Below are positions 45,954 through 55,196 of a stretch of 64,000 bases of DNA, one piece after another. Source of the DNA: Candidatus Magasanikiibacteriota bacterium (GTDB lineage Bacteria > Patescibacteriota > Patescibacteriia > Magasanikbacterales > GWA2-37-8); the NCBI GenBank assembly GCA_017991415.1, contig JAGOQR010000003.1:108279-172278 (forward strand). Direction: 5' to 3'. Every line of letters starts with the position of its first letter. The stretch's first letter is position 1. The notes under the pieces were generated by a model that was not told the origin of the DNA, did not search any database, and saw only the letters and a list, made by a program, of their open reading frames with translations. Both the position numbers and the translations under genes were made by a program.

Positions 45954-48900
45954 TGAATTTAAAATCAAGTAAATTAATTTTTTTGGCCAGTATTATCTCA
46001 TCTATTTTTTTGTGCTTTCAGGTTTATTATGCACACAATCAAAGCGTTCGTGCGGCGACTGCAAATGAAAATTTAACTGTTACTGTCACTGTGCCAGGTG
46101 ATACTGGCGGTAGTGGTGGAGGAAGTGATTTGCCGCCAAGTATTTTTAATGTCATAACTTCAACTTCTTTTGCAAGTGCAAGTATTAGCTGGAGCGCTAC
46201 TGATGACCGGGGTATCTCTTTGGTAACTTTTGTCTACGGAGACTCTGTAAATTATGGGAGTTCAGGGGTGGTAACTGGCAATTACCAAGTAGCTCTTTCA
46301 AGCCTGGTTACAGGTACTGTATATTATTACAAAATTTCTGTAGTTGATACTAGGTCTAATTTAGTTGAGTATACAGGTACATTGGTAATGCTTTCTTCTC
46401 CGGCGCCACCAATTGATACAACGCCTCCGGTGATAAGCAATATTCAAATTATTCCAGGAGTAACCACAACTACTATAAGATGGACGACAGATGAGCTGGC
46501 AGATAGCCAGGTCTCTTATGGACCAACCGCTGCGTACGGAAGTAATTATTTTGATTCATCTAGATCGTTAGTCCATAGTGTTTTATTATTTAATTTAACA
46601 CCAGGTACTCTGTATCATTTTCAAATAATTTCTACAGATAGTTCTAATAATAGCGCAGGAACAATAGATGCAACTTTTACTACGCTTACCGATACCATTC
46701 CACCCCCTGATGCATCTAATTTTATTTTAACGACCACAAGTAATTCGATTGTATTATCATGGGTAAACCCAACACTTGTTGGTACGCCAGATTTTGCAGA
46801 AGTAAGAGTAGTACGCAAAATAGATTCCGCGTCGACTAATCCTGCCGATGGTGTAGTAGTATATGCTGGTACACAAGAAAATTTTACTGATTCCAGTGTG
46901 CTGGTAAATATAAATTATTTCTATACAATTTTTTCTTTTGATACTTCGAATAACAGCAGTCCCGGTATTTTTAGGAGCGGCCGAATTACGCCCATTGTTC
47001 CTCCAGTAGAAATCTGCGGTAATTCAATCGATGATAACAGTAATGGTTATACTGATTGTGCCGACAGCGCTTGTAGCTCTCTGCCGTCTTGTACGGTTAC
47101 TCCGCCACCAACCACTACTCCTAGCCCAGAAATTTGTAATAATAGTATTGATGATAATAGTAATGGATTTGTAGACTGTGCTGATACAGCTTGTTCTGGC
47201 TTTGCAGGCTGTTCTGGTACCAGTGCCTTGGCTGCCTGCAACAACACTCTTGATGATGATGTAGATGGGGCTTTTGACTTCCCTAATGATATTGGCTGTG
47301 AAAGTGCTGTTGATAATGATGAATACAATCCGCCTGAACCAACAGTGCCTCCCTTTTTAAAACTTAATTTAAATGATCTTAGGTTTTTCTCAGGCAATCG
47401 TCTTATAAGGTTATATCCGGTCGGAGATGTGGTTGTTGGCTTATCTGGGGCAAATTTAACCTTGGTTTTGCCAAGAAGTGTTTTAGAAAGCGAACCAAGA
47501 AACATTATATTGCGAGTGGGTGGTACTGATATTCATCAATTTGTATATAATACGACGGATCAAGCATATTATGCTGATTTATCTTTTGGTTCCGTTGGAA
47601 TTTCACAAGCGTATTTGGAGATTGACTATGGTTCTTCTCAGAGTGACTCTGTTGGTTTTAAGATGGATAGTTTGTCGTGGGGACAGGTACAGGGAAGCGA
47701 TAATCAGGCTGTGGTTGCGGCCGAAATTATTCTGTACGGATCAAATAATGAGCAGTTCCCAATGGGTTTGTACGGCCAATTAAACCCAATGACAGCTGAT
47801 ATAAATGGTAATTATGGTTGGATAGTACCAAATGGAAATTATAAAATTTTTGTCCATAAAGAAGGCTTTTATGATCGGTCAATCAATTTTACCGTTTCGA
47901 ACAATGTCATTAATTCCAATATAAGTTTAATTTCCCAGCCACCAAAATTAATTTTAACAATCGATCCAAACGCATCGCTATCTGAAAACATTCAAAATGT
48001 TGCAGGTGCGTTAGCAGGTCAAACAAAAATATTATCTACCGTGGCTGTGCAAAAAATTCAGGATGCAGTAAGTGACCCTGAGGTAAAAAAAGTAAATGAG
48101 CGGGTGGTCGCACCAGCGGCTATCACTGTAGTGGTGGCAGGTGCTGCCCCGTTAATTTCTTGGCTGGATCTTCTGCCATTTTTAAGACTTCTGTTCTTGC
48201 AGCCGCTTATGCTGCTCGGTTGGAGGAAAAGAGAGAAATGGGGTTTGGTGTATAACTCATTAAATAAGTTGCCTGTTGACTTGGCCATGATTCGTTTAAT
48301 TAACGCCGAAACAAATCGGGTAGTACAATCAAAGGTGACAGATTCAAAAGGCCATTTTATTTTTATGGTTGGTCCTGGAAAGTATAAATTGGAGGTTCGT
48401 AAAAACAACTTTGTTTTTCCTTCAAAATTTTTGGCTGATTCTATTAGTGACGGCCAAAAAGCAGACATTTACCACGGAGAAATAATTGAAGTGTTAAGTC
48501 CATCGGGTATTACCGCTACGGTACCGCTTGATCCTGTTGAAGCGCATAAAAAACCAAGTCGATTAATTTGGGAAAAATTTGGCCGTCGGTTGCAAACAGT
48601 TTTATCGGTAGTTGGTATTTTAATTACTGCTTTTTCCCTTTACATATCTCCAAAATGGTACATAATAGCCCTGCTTATTGTGCATATTTTGGTCTTCTTC
48701 ATTTTCCAAAAATTAGCAAGACCACCAAAAATTAGGAATTGGGGTATCGTATATGACGATATGCAAAAAACACCTATTTCTCGGGTAGTGGCCAGGTTGT
48801 TTAATTCTCAGTTCAACAAGCTTGTTGATACTCAGGTTACTGATGGTAGTGGTAAATATTATTTTATGGCTGGGGACGCAAAATATTATGTTACCTATGA

Positions 48901-48997
48901 GCATAAAGAATATCATCCTCAAAAAACCGATATTATTAACTTGGAAGGTAAAGAGCCAGAGGCAATAACAGTGGAGGTTCGGTTGAAGAAAAACTAA
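45954..48997 (+). CDS. Large surface protein with signal peptide, fn3-like domains, three MopE-like Cys/Asp motifs (CxNSIDDNSNGxxDCADxxC) and a C-terminal tandem duplication of TM helix plus CarboxypepD_reg-like domain.
   Basis: ATG at 45954 gives the signal peptide MNLKSSKLIFLASIISSIFLCFQVYYAHNQSVRA. Repeated WG(L/I)VY...V(T)DxxGxYxF modules each preceded by a TM segment. Confidence 0.6.
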
Positions 48998-49104
48998 ATT
49001 TTTTGTATATAGCCTGATTGACAAGGCAAAATTTTTGTTTTACAATGTCCCGCAGTGAGTAAAAACCAGAGTACGTCGTAAGAGTAAATTATTTAATAAT
49101 TAAC

Positions 49105-49178
49105 GGGCCAATAGCTCAGCTGGCTAGAGCGCTTCCATGGCATGGAAGAGGTCCGGGGTTCAAATCCCCGTTGGTCCA
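49105..49178 (+). tRNA. tRNA-Ala (GGC).
   Basis: G3:U70 in the acceptor (GGGCCAA/TTGGTCC). Anticodon loop ATGGCAT. T-arm GGTTCAAATCC. Confidence 0.8.
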
Positions 49179-49185
49179 CAACCAT

Positions 49186-50265
49186 ATGTCATTATCTGTT
49201 GGAATAGTAGGCTTGCCAAATGTTGGAAAATCAACATTATTTAATGCGCTAACTCGCAGCAAGCAAGCAGACGCACAAAATTATCCTTTTTGTACCATCG
49301 ATCCAAATGTTGGTGTTGTTGAAGTGCCTGACCCTAGAATACAAAAGTTAGCTGATGTTTCTGCTTCTAAAAAAATTATTCCAACGGTGATAGAATTTGT
49401 TGATATTGCTGGTTTGGTAAAGGGTGCGTCAGAAGGTGAAGGTTTGGGGAATAAGTTTTTATCGCATATTCGAGAAGTGGATGCCATAGTTCAGGTAGTG
49501 CGATCGTTTAGTGATAGCAATGTCATTCATGTGAATAATAAAGTTGATCCAAACAATGATGCAGAAATAATAAATTTAGAGCTTGCATTAGCTGATTTGC
49601 AAACAGTTACTAAAAAACTTGATAATACCAAACGTTCGGCCAAAGGTGCTTCTGCTAAAGAATTTGAAAAACAGCTAGATCTTTTTAGTAGAGTAGAAAA
49701 ACAGCTGCAAACTGGGCGGCCAGCTCGAGAGCTTGAGTATAACGAAGACGAAACCCTTTGGATGAAAGAATTACAGCTTTTAACTATGAAGCCAATGTTG
49801 TATGTTGTTAATACCGATGAAAATGTAAAACCAGATGCTTTACATCCTTTAATTAGTCAATCTGCGCCGCAAATAGAGATATCGGCAAAACTAGAGGCAG
49901 AAGTCGCCGAACTCAGTCCCGAAGAAGCCAAAGAGTATTTGAAAGAACTGGGTATGAATGAGACAGGCTTAGATAAGTTAATTACCGCCAGCTATAAATT
50001 GCTTGATTTAATTACGTTTCTAACTTCTGGTGAGGTAGAAACGAGAGCCTGGACAGTACGCCGTGGTGCAAAGGCTCCCGAAGCAGCCGGTGTAATTCAT
50101 ACAGATTTTGTAAAGGGTTTTGTTAAGGCTGATGTTGTAAATTGGCAGGATTTTGTAGCGGCGGGAGGCTGGGGCAAAATAAAAGAGACAGGAAAGATGA
50201 GGTTGGAAGGAAAAGAGTATGTAGTAAAAGATGGAGATGTCTGTTATTTCCATATTAATGCTTAA
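49186..50265 (+). CDS. ychF: Ribosome-binding ATPase YchF (Obg-family GTPase fold with TGS domain).
   Basis: GIVGLPNVGKSTLFNALT P-loop. 359 aa. The ATG at 49186 is preferred over the track start at 49171, which overlaps the tRNA. Confidence 0.85.
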   Translation: MSLSVGIVGLPNVGKSTLFNALTRSKQADAQNYPFCTIDPNVGVVEVPDPRIQKLADVSASKKIIPTVIEFVDIAGLVKGASEGEGLGNKFLSHIREVDAIVQVVRSFSDSNVIHVNNKVDPNNDAEIINLELALADLQTVTKKLDNTKRSAKGASAKEFEKQLDLFSRVEKQLQTGRPARELEYNEDETLWMKELQLLTMKPMLYVVNTDENVKPDALHPLISQSAPQIEISAKLEAEVAELSPEEAKEYLKELGMNETGLDKLITASYKLLDLITFLTSGEVETRAWTVRRGAKAPEAAGVIHTDFVKGFVKADVVNWQDFVAAGGWGKIKETGKMRLEGKEYVVKDGDVCYFHINA

Positions 50266-50278
50266 ATTAAATAAAAAA

Positions 50279-50309
50279 ATACACTGGACTAGTCCAGTGT
50301 ATTTTTTTA
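50279..50309. terminator. Bidirectional intrinsic terminator (ATACACTGGACT/AGTCCAGTGTAT hairpin, T-run on both strands).
   Basis: Perfect 12-bp inverted repeat between convergent ychF and the methyltransferase gene. Confidence 0.65.
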
Positions 50310-50313
50310 TACG

Positions 50314-51513
50314 TTATATTTTTTTAAATCTCCAGATTTCCCGACCTACCCGCTGGTCTGGTCTGGCATAGAGTAGGGGCATTTTTTCTTCAAGAAATGG
50401 TAGAGTTTTAAAACCAAGATCAGCGATTTCTTTATGACAATTAATAGTAATCCATTCATTTTGCCATCTAAAACGAGGAATTAAGAAAACAGCAATGCCG
50501 TTTGGTTTTAGTACTCTATAGAATTTGCTAAAAGCAGAAAGATATAGATTTTTGAGTTCTTGGGCTTGTGTATATAAATCCTCTTTTGTTTCTCGTCCTT
50601 TGAGAGGTTTGCCCATGTATGGTTCAGCCACAATTGCGTTAATCGAAGCGATTGGTACGACAGTATCTATATGTTCTACTTTTTCAGTCTGGAGCTTAAC
50701 TCGAAAGTTATTTGTTGGTATATTAAATTGACTGGCTATCCAGTCTATATTTTGACGAGTGTCACTAATCGCTTTTTCAGAAATATCAGTTCCTACTAAA
50801 TTTGTATATCCGAGTAATATTGCTTCGCTTAGTATGGTGCCAGAACCACAGAACGGATCGAGAAGAGTGCTATTTTTGTTGGCTTGGGAGAGGTTAATCA
50901 TCATCATTGCCAGTTTGGGTGGCAACATACCGCTTACATCGTCTCTTCCTGGTCTGCCAAAGTCTCTGGCACTAAATTCTTCAAATGGTTGCACGGCTTG
51001 GGTTTTTGCGAGGGCAAATGTATTGTTAGTATTTTTTTGAATTAAAAATTCACGGCCCCGTCCTGTAAGATTATTTTTTTCAACGGTAACCGATGATAAA
51101 ATTGGCTCTCTATTTTCTACATATCGTACAGATAGACCTTCGGATTTTAGGGTTTTTTTTATTTTTTTTCCAAACTCTTCGGCTAGTTTTATGTTAGCAG
51201 AATCATTTCGGTCATGAGCATATATGCTAATACCAAAGTTTATCTTTCCAGAGACAGTTTTTAGTTCGGCTATTATTTTGTTCTCCGTTTCTACTGTAGA
51301 TAGATTATCTCCAAGCTCTAGAGCTATTTTAATAGTGCCGCCCAGCTGTCTGATAAGCTGAGTCGGTTCAATTTTTTTTGTTTCAGCTTTTAAAATTGAT
51401 CCAGTATAATTATATTTTTTTAAATCCAAAATCGCGTCTATTTCAGCCGCGGCCAGAAGAGATTCTCGTCCTAAGATAAACCATTGTTTAGCGTTTGGTG
51501 CTTGAAGCGGCAT
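50314..51513 (-). CDS. THUMP-domain SAM-dependent RNA methyltransferase (N6-adenine/N2-guanine class).
   Basis: DPFCGSGTIL SAM motif I and EPYMG catalytic motif IV. N-terminal THUMP-like region. Confidence 0.65.
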   Translation of the reverse strand: MPLQAPNAKQWFILGRESLLAAAEIDAILDLKKYNYTGSILKAETKKIEPTQLIRQLGGTIKIALELGDNLSTVETENKIIAELKTVSGKINFGISIYAHDRNDSANIKLAEEFGKKIKKTLKSEGLSVRYVENREPILSSVTVEKNNLTGRGREFLIQKNTNNTFALAKTQAVQPFEEFSARDFGRPGRDDVSGMLPPKLAMMMINLSQANKNSTLLDPFCGSGTILSEAILLGYTNLVGTDISEKAISDTRQNIDWIASQFNIPTNNFRVKLQTEKVEHIDTVVPIASINAIVAEPYMGKPLKGRETKEDLYTQAQELKNLYLSAFSKFYRVLKPNGIAVFLIPRFRWQNEWITINCHKEIADLGFKTLPFLEEKMPLLYARPDQRVGREIWRFKKI

Positions 51514-51859
51514 AGGTGGAGGTAACTACGGGAGTAGTTGTATTAGTCTTGTAGAAAAAAATGTTTCGGATATCAGGGGCAAAGTACTCTAGTTTTTGTT
51601 TTTTTTCAATAGCCTCCGAAGCTTTGTGGAAAGCGGGTATATCTAAGTTGTAAATATTCACACTCGATTTGAGGGCTGTAATTACCGTAGTGTTGGCAAT
51701 GGTACTGTAGATATTTTGATAAATAAAGTAGTAGGTTAAGCCTACAGCAGAGAGTAAAACAAGAAATATTAAAAGATATACCATCCGCCAGAGGCCATAT
51801 CTACCCTTATATAGATTTTGTGGTTTGGTTTTATTCGCTAACATATAATTCGGTTGCAA
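51488..51859 (-). CDS. Small single-pass membrane protein in the pilus operon, PilP-like position.
   Basis: N-terminal TM. Overlaps the downstream gene by 26 nt. Confidence 0.3.
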   Translation of the reverse strand: MQPNYMLANKTKPQNLYKGRYGLWRMVYLLIFLVLLSAVGLTYYFIYQNIYSTIANTTVITALKSSVNIYNLDIPAFHKASEAIEKKQKLEYFAPDIRNIFFYKTNTTTPVVTSTYAASSTKR

Positions 51860-52373
51860 TATCTAGGCTCACAATAGGAGAAGCTTCTCCTTCTTTGGTA
51901 AATACAGGTGTAAGCTGCAGCTGTTTAATATTAATAAAATAATTAGAAATTTCTAGTTCTGCAATATACTTGAGCACATCGTGGTAATTACCTTTAATGT
52001 TTAGAGAAATTATAGCAATATGATTATTGCCAATCTTGTCTAAATTGGAAGAGTTTATGGATTGGGTAAGATTATATTTTGCGGCCGTACTCTCTAAAAA
52101 TGTGATTAATTTTAATTCTTCTCCGGTCTTAAAAATAAATGTATTGTAATTTGCCACCGCACCTTTAACTTCTTCGAGCCTTTTTCTGGTAATTCGGGAA
52201 TTAAGTGATTGTTGGTACTTTTCTTCAAGAAGAAGTCTTAGTTTGTAGCTTTCCTCGGATGTTTTTTTGATGTTAAGTAAGGTTGGTACAAGTACGCCAA
52301 AAGTTATTATTAAAAATAATACAATAAAGATAGTGACACGAATTATTATTTTTTTTCTTGCATCAATGGCCAT
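51831..52373 (-). CDS. pilO: Type IV pilus assembly protein PilO-like.
   Basis: N-terminal TM plus coiled-coil. Downstream of pilN. Confidence 0.5.
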   Translation of the reverse strand: MAIDARKKIIIRVTIFIVLFLIITFGVLVPTLLNIKKTSEESYKLRLLLEEKYQQSLNSRITRKRLEEVKGAVANYNTFIFKTGEELKLITFLESTAAKYNLTQSINSSNLDKIGNNHIAIISLNIKGNYHDVLKYIAELEISNYFINIKQLQLTPVFTKEGEASPIVSLDIATELYVSE

Positions 52374-52379
52374 AGTAGT

Positions 52380-52910
52380 TTAGCTTTTAAGTTCTGCGCT
52401 AAATTCAAATTTAACATTTTCTTTTTGAAATAATTGCGAAGCAGGTGTTTTGACGTTAGTAATCCAGGGAATTTTGTTTAGTACCTCTTGATAGTTTAGG
52501 AGAGCAGATCGTGAAACTGCGCTGCCACTTAAGGTGATAGTTTGAGCCGTCATATCTATCTGTAGAGAGGTTAATTTTATGTCATCTGGCAAACTATTGC
52601 TAATGTCGGTTAATCGAGGGATAAGAGGGGAGAATTTTTTACTGGCCAAATTTATATCTTTGACAAGGCTATTTATGTTTTTGGCATCTTGGTTATATGT
52701 GTAGTATTCTCGGTTAATGAGGGTTGCTGTTCTAGTTAGGCTTGCAAAATCGTTTTCTAAAAAAATCCATCCCCAAATAAGTATAGCGCTCATGATAGCC
52801 ACAACTATAAAAAATAACTCAACAATATTTTTTATTAACAAAAAATTTACCGTTGATTCCAGTCGGTTTTTTTTACCTGTTGGTAGTAAATTGAGGTTGA
52901 TATTGAGCAT
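52380..52910 (-). CDS. pilN: Type IV pilus assembly protein PilN.
   Basis: N-terminal LNLLP motif followed by TM. Downstream of pilM. Confidence 0.6.
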   Translation of the reverse strand: MLNINLNLLPTGKKNRLESTVNFLLIKNIVELFFIVVAIMSAILIWGWIFLENDFASLTRTATLINREYYTYNQDAKNINSLVKDINLASKKFSPLIPRLTDISNSLPDDIKLTSLQIDMTAQTITLSGSAVSRSALLNYQEVLNKIPWITNVKTPASQLFQKENVKFEFSAELKS

Positions 52911-52941
52911 ATCTGATAAAGGGGCAGGTAAGTTAGGCCTA

Positions 52942-54051
52942 CTATATATTTTCGTTTTTTTGATCTTGTAGTGGATTTTGTTTTATTCGTAAAGCAAGTC
53001 CGATAGCGCTTGCAAGTGATAGGCTTTTTTTCGGTTCAAAATCGTATAGTTTTTTATTTTCTAAATTTTTCCAAGGATGGCCAGCCTGAGCGTCAATTTT
53101 TAATTCTTTAGAAATTAGTGTATCTATATTTTCTAAATTAGCAGTACCACCACACAAGGTTATTCTGTTTACTTCGTTTATGTCATTAAAGTGTTCTTTA
53201 TAGAAGAGTAGTGTAGCTTTTAGTTCGCTGATAAGCTTGTCGGTTATGCCAGAAACGGCGGTAAGATAGTTAGGGTTTTTTGCATCGTATTTGAGACCGT
53301 TTTTAATTTTTAGAGCTTCTGCGTCTGAGTGCTCCATTTTTAATTCTTGGGCAATAGCCGATGTTATTATTTCTCCAGAAAAATTGAGGGTAGTACTAAA
53401 CTGAATGCTATGGTTATCGTATATAGTAAGATTTGATCTAGTGGCGCCTAAATCCAAGATAGCGCGAGCTTGGCCTGTATAATCTTTGTCGTAAGTTATC
53501 ATGGATCTGGTCATGGCTACCGCTTCAGTTTCCAGAGCAACTGGGTTAAGACCGACGCTCTCGAGTAGGTATGTATATGAATCAGCAATAATTTTTGGTG
53601 TGGCAGCAATCAGAATCTGTGTTCTTTTCTCTTTAAGGGTGGAGGTGATGATTTGCCAGTCAAGATAAGTGTCTTCTAGTTCGTAGGGAAGGTGTTTTTT
53701 TGCTTGGTAAGCGACGTCTACTGAGGTAAGTGACTTATAGTTAATATCAATATCAATTAATTTTAAAAATGTTTTTGGTTCGGGTAAGGTGGCCACTACC
53801 CATGGGGAGTGAATTGTTTTAAAACTTTTACCTTCTAAACCGAGTAAATGTAATAATTTTTTTCTTACTGGCTCAGGCTGTTGGATTTCACCATTGACTA
53901 TAAGTCCTGGAGGAAGGGGGGTGGTGCGAAGCTCTTTAATTTTAAAAGACTGTCTTCTATAAAAAGCCACTGGTTCAAGTTGAACAAGTTTTATGGATAA
54001 ATCTCCTATGTCTATGCCAAATCCGTCGGCAAAAGGATTGTACAGATTCAT
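52942..54051 (-). CDS. pilM: Type IV pilus assembly protein PilM (actin-like ATPase fold).
   Basis: N-terminal GIDIGDLSIKLV phosphate-1 motif. 369 aa. Confidence 0.8.
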   Translation of the reverse strand: MNLYNPFADGFGIDIGDLSIKLVQLEPVAFYRRQSFKIKELRTTPLPPGLIVNGEIQQPEPVRKKLLHLLGLEGKSFKTIHSPWVVATLPEPKTFLKLIDIDINYKSLTSVDVAYQAKKHLPYELEDTYLDWQIITSTLKEKRTQILIAATPKIIADSYTYLLESVGLNPVALETEAVAMTRSMITYDKDYTGQARAILDLGATRSNLTIYDNHSIQFSTTLNFSGEIITSAIAQELKMEHSDAEALKIKNGLKYDAKNPNYLTAVSGITDKLISELKATLLFYKEHFNDINEVNRITLCGGTANLENIDTLISKELKIDAQAGHPWKNLENKKLYDFEPKKSLSLASAIGLALRIKQNPLQDQKNENI

Positions 54052-54053
54052 AT

Positions 54054-55160
54054 TTAGATATTTTGTGACAAAGAGTAGAGTGGCATGATAATTGCTACAG
54101 CAATTCCCGCCACAGCTAAACCCATTACCAAAATAATGATCGGCTCGATAATAGTAGTAAAGTTTCGCATGGTGGTGTCAACTTCATTACCATAATATTC
54201 GGCGAGTTCTCGCAACATGCTTTCGCTTTTACCAGATTTTTCTCCCACCATTATCATTTCTGTAACCATAGGGGGAAATACCTTGGGAAATTTTCTCAGA
54301 ATTTCAGACAACGCTTCTCCTTTTTTAAGAGACTCAGATACTAATATTAATTTTTCTTTATATACTACATTGCCTAAAACCTCAGAGGATATGCGTGTAG
54401 CATCAATAATCGGAATAGTACTTTCAAGCAAAGAAGACATAGTGAGGGTAAAGCGGGCCAAATTAATTTTTTTTATTACGGCACCAATAATCGGGAGTCT
54501 TAAGTTTATAGCATGAATTATTCTTTTTATCTTATACTGTTTAAAGAGTTGGGTAAGCACAATTATAAGTAAGATAAAAACGAGCAGCATCCATAGTCCA
54601 TATTTTTGAGTGAAATCGGTTATGCCAATAAGAATTCTAGTCGGAAGTGGCAATTGAGCGTCAAATTCTTTAAACATGATAAGTAGTTTTGGTAAAATAA
54701 AAACTACTACTTCGATACTGATACCAATCATAGCGACCACAATCACAGCCGGGTACATAAGGGCGCCTTTAATGCGAGAGGTAAGTTCGTGATTTTTTTT
54801 CATCTGTACCGACACTTGGTCAAGTGCTGTTTCCATTTTTCCTGCTGCTTCTCCTGCTGCAATCATGCTTACATAAATCGGAGGGAAAATTTTTGGGTAT
54901 TTGGCTAGTACTTCACTAAATTGTTGTCCTTTTTCTACCCCGTTTTTGACTTCTCCAATTACATCTTTAAGAGTTTTGTTTTCTATTTCTTCACTTAAAA
55001 TACGAAGGGCATCTATAAGAGATAAGCCAGCTTTTACCATGGTTTTGAGGTGGCTCACAAAAAGAATTTTTTGCATGATTGGTACTCGGTGAATAAATCC
55101 ACCTACCAATGCATTAAGTTTTACTTCAAAAGGGGAAAGTTCGCGTGGTTGTTTTGGCAT
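54054..55160 (-). CDS. pilC: Type IV pilus inner-membrane platform protein (GspF/PilC family).
   Basis: Two GspF-like repeats with 3 TM segments. 368 aa. Confidence 0.85.
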   Translation of the reverse strand: MPKQPRELSPFEVKLNALVGGFIHRVPIMQKILFVSHLKTMVKAGLSLIDALRILSEEIENKTLKDVIGEVKNGVEKGQQFSEVLAKYPKIFPPIYVSMIAAGEAAGKMETALDQVSVQMKKNHELTSRIKGALMYPAVIVVAMIGISIEVVVFILPKLLIMFKEFDAQLPLPTRILIGITDFTQKYGLWMLLVFILLIIVLTQLFKQYKIKRIIHAINLRLPIIGAVIKKINLARFTLTMSSLLESTIPIIDATRISSEVLGNVVYKEKLILVSESLKKGEALSEILRKFPKVFPPMVTEMIMVGEKSGKSESMLRELAEYYGNEVDTTMRNFTTIIEPIIILVMGLAVAGIAVAIIMPLYSLSQNI

Positions 55161-55196
55161 ATATAATAATCTAGTGAAAATTAAATTTCACTTTTT

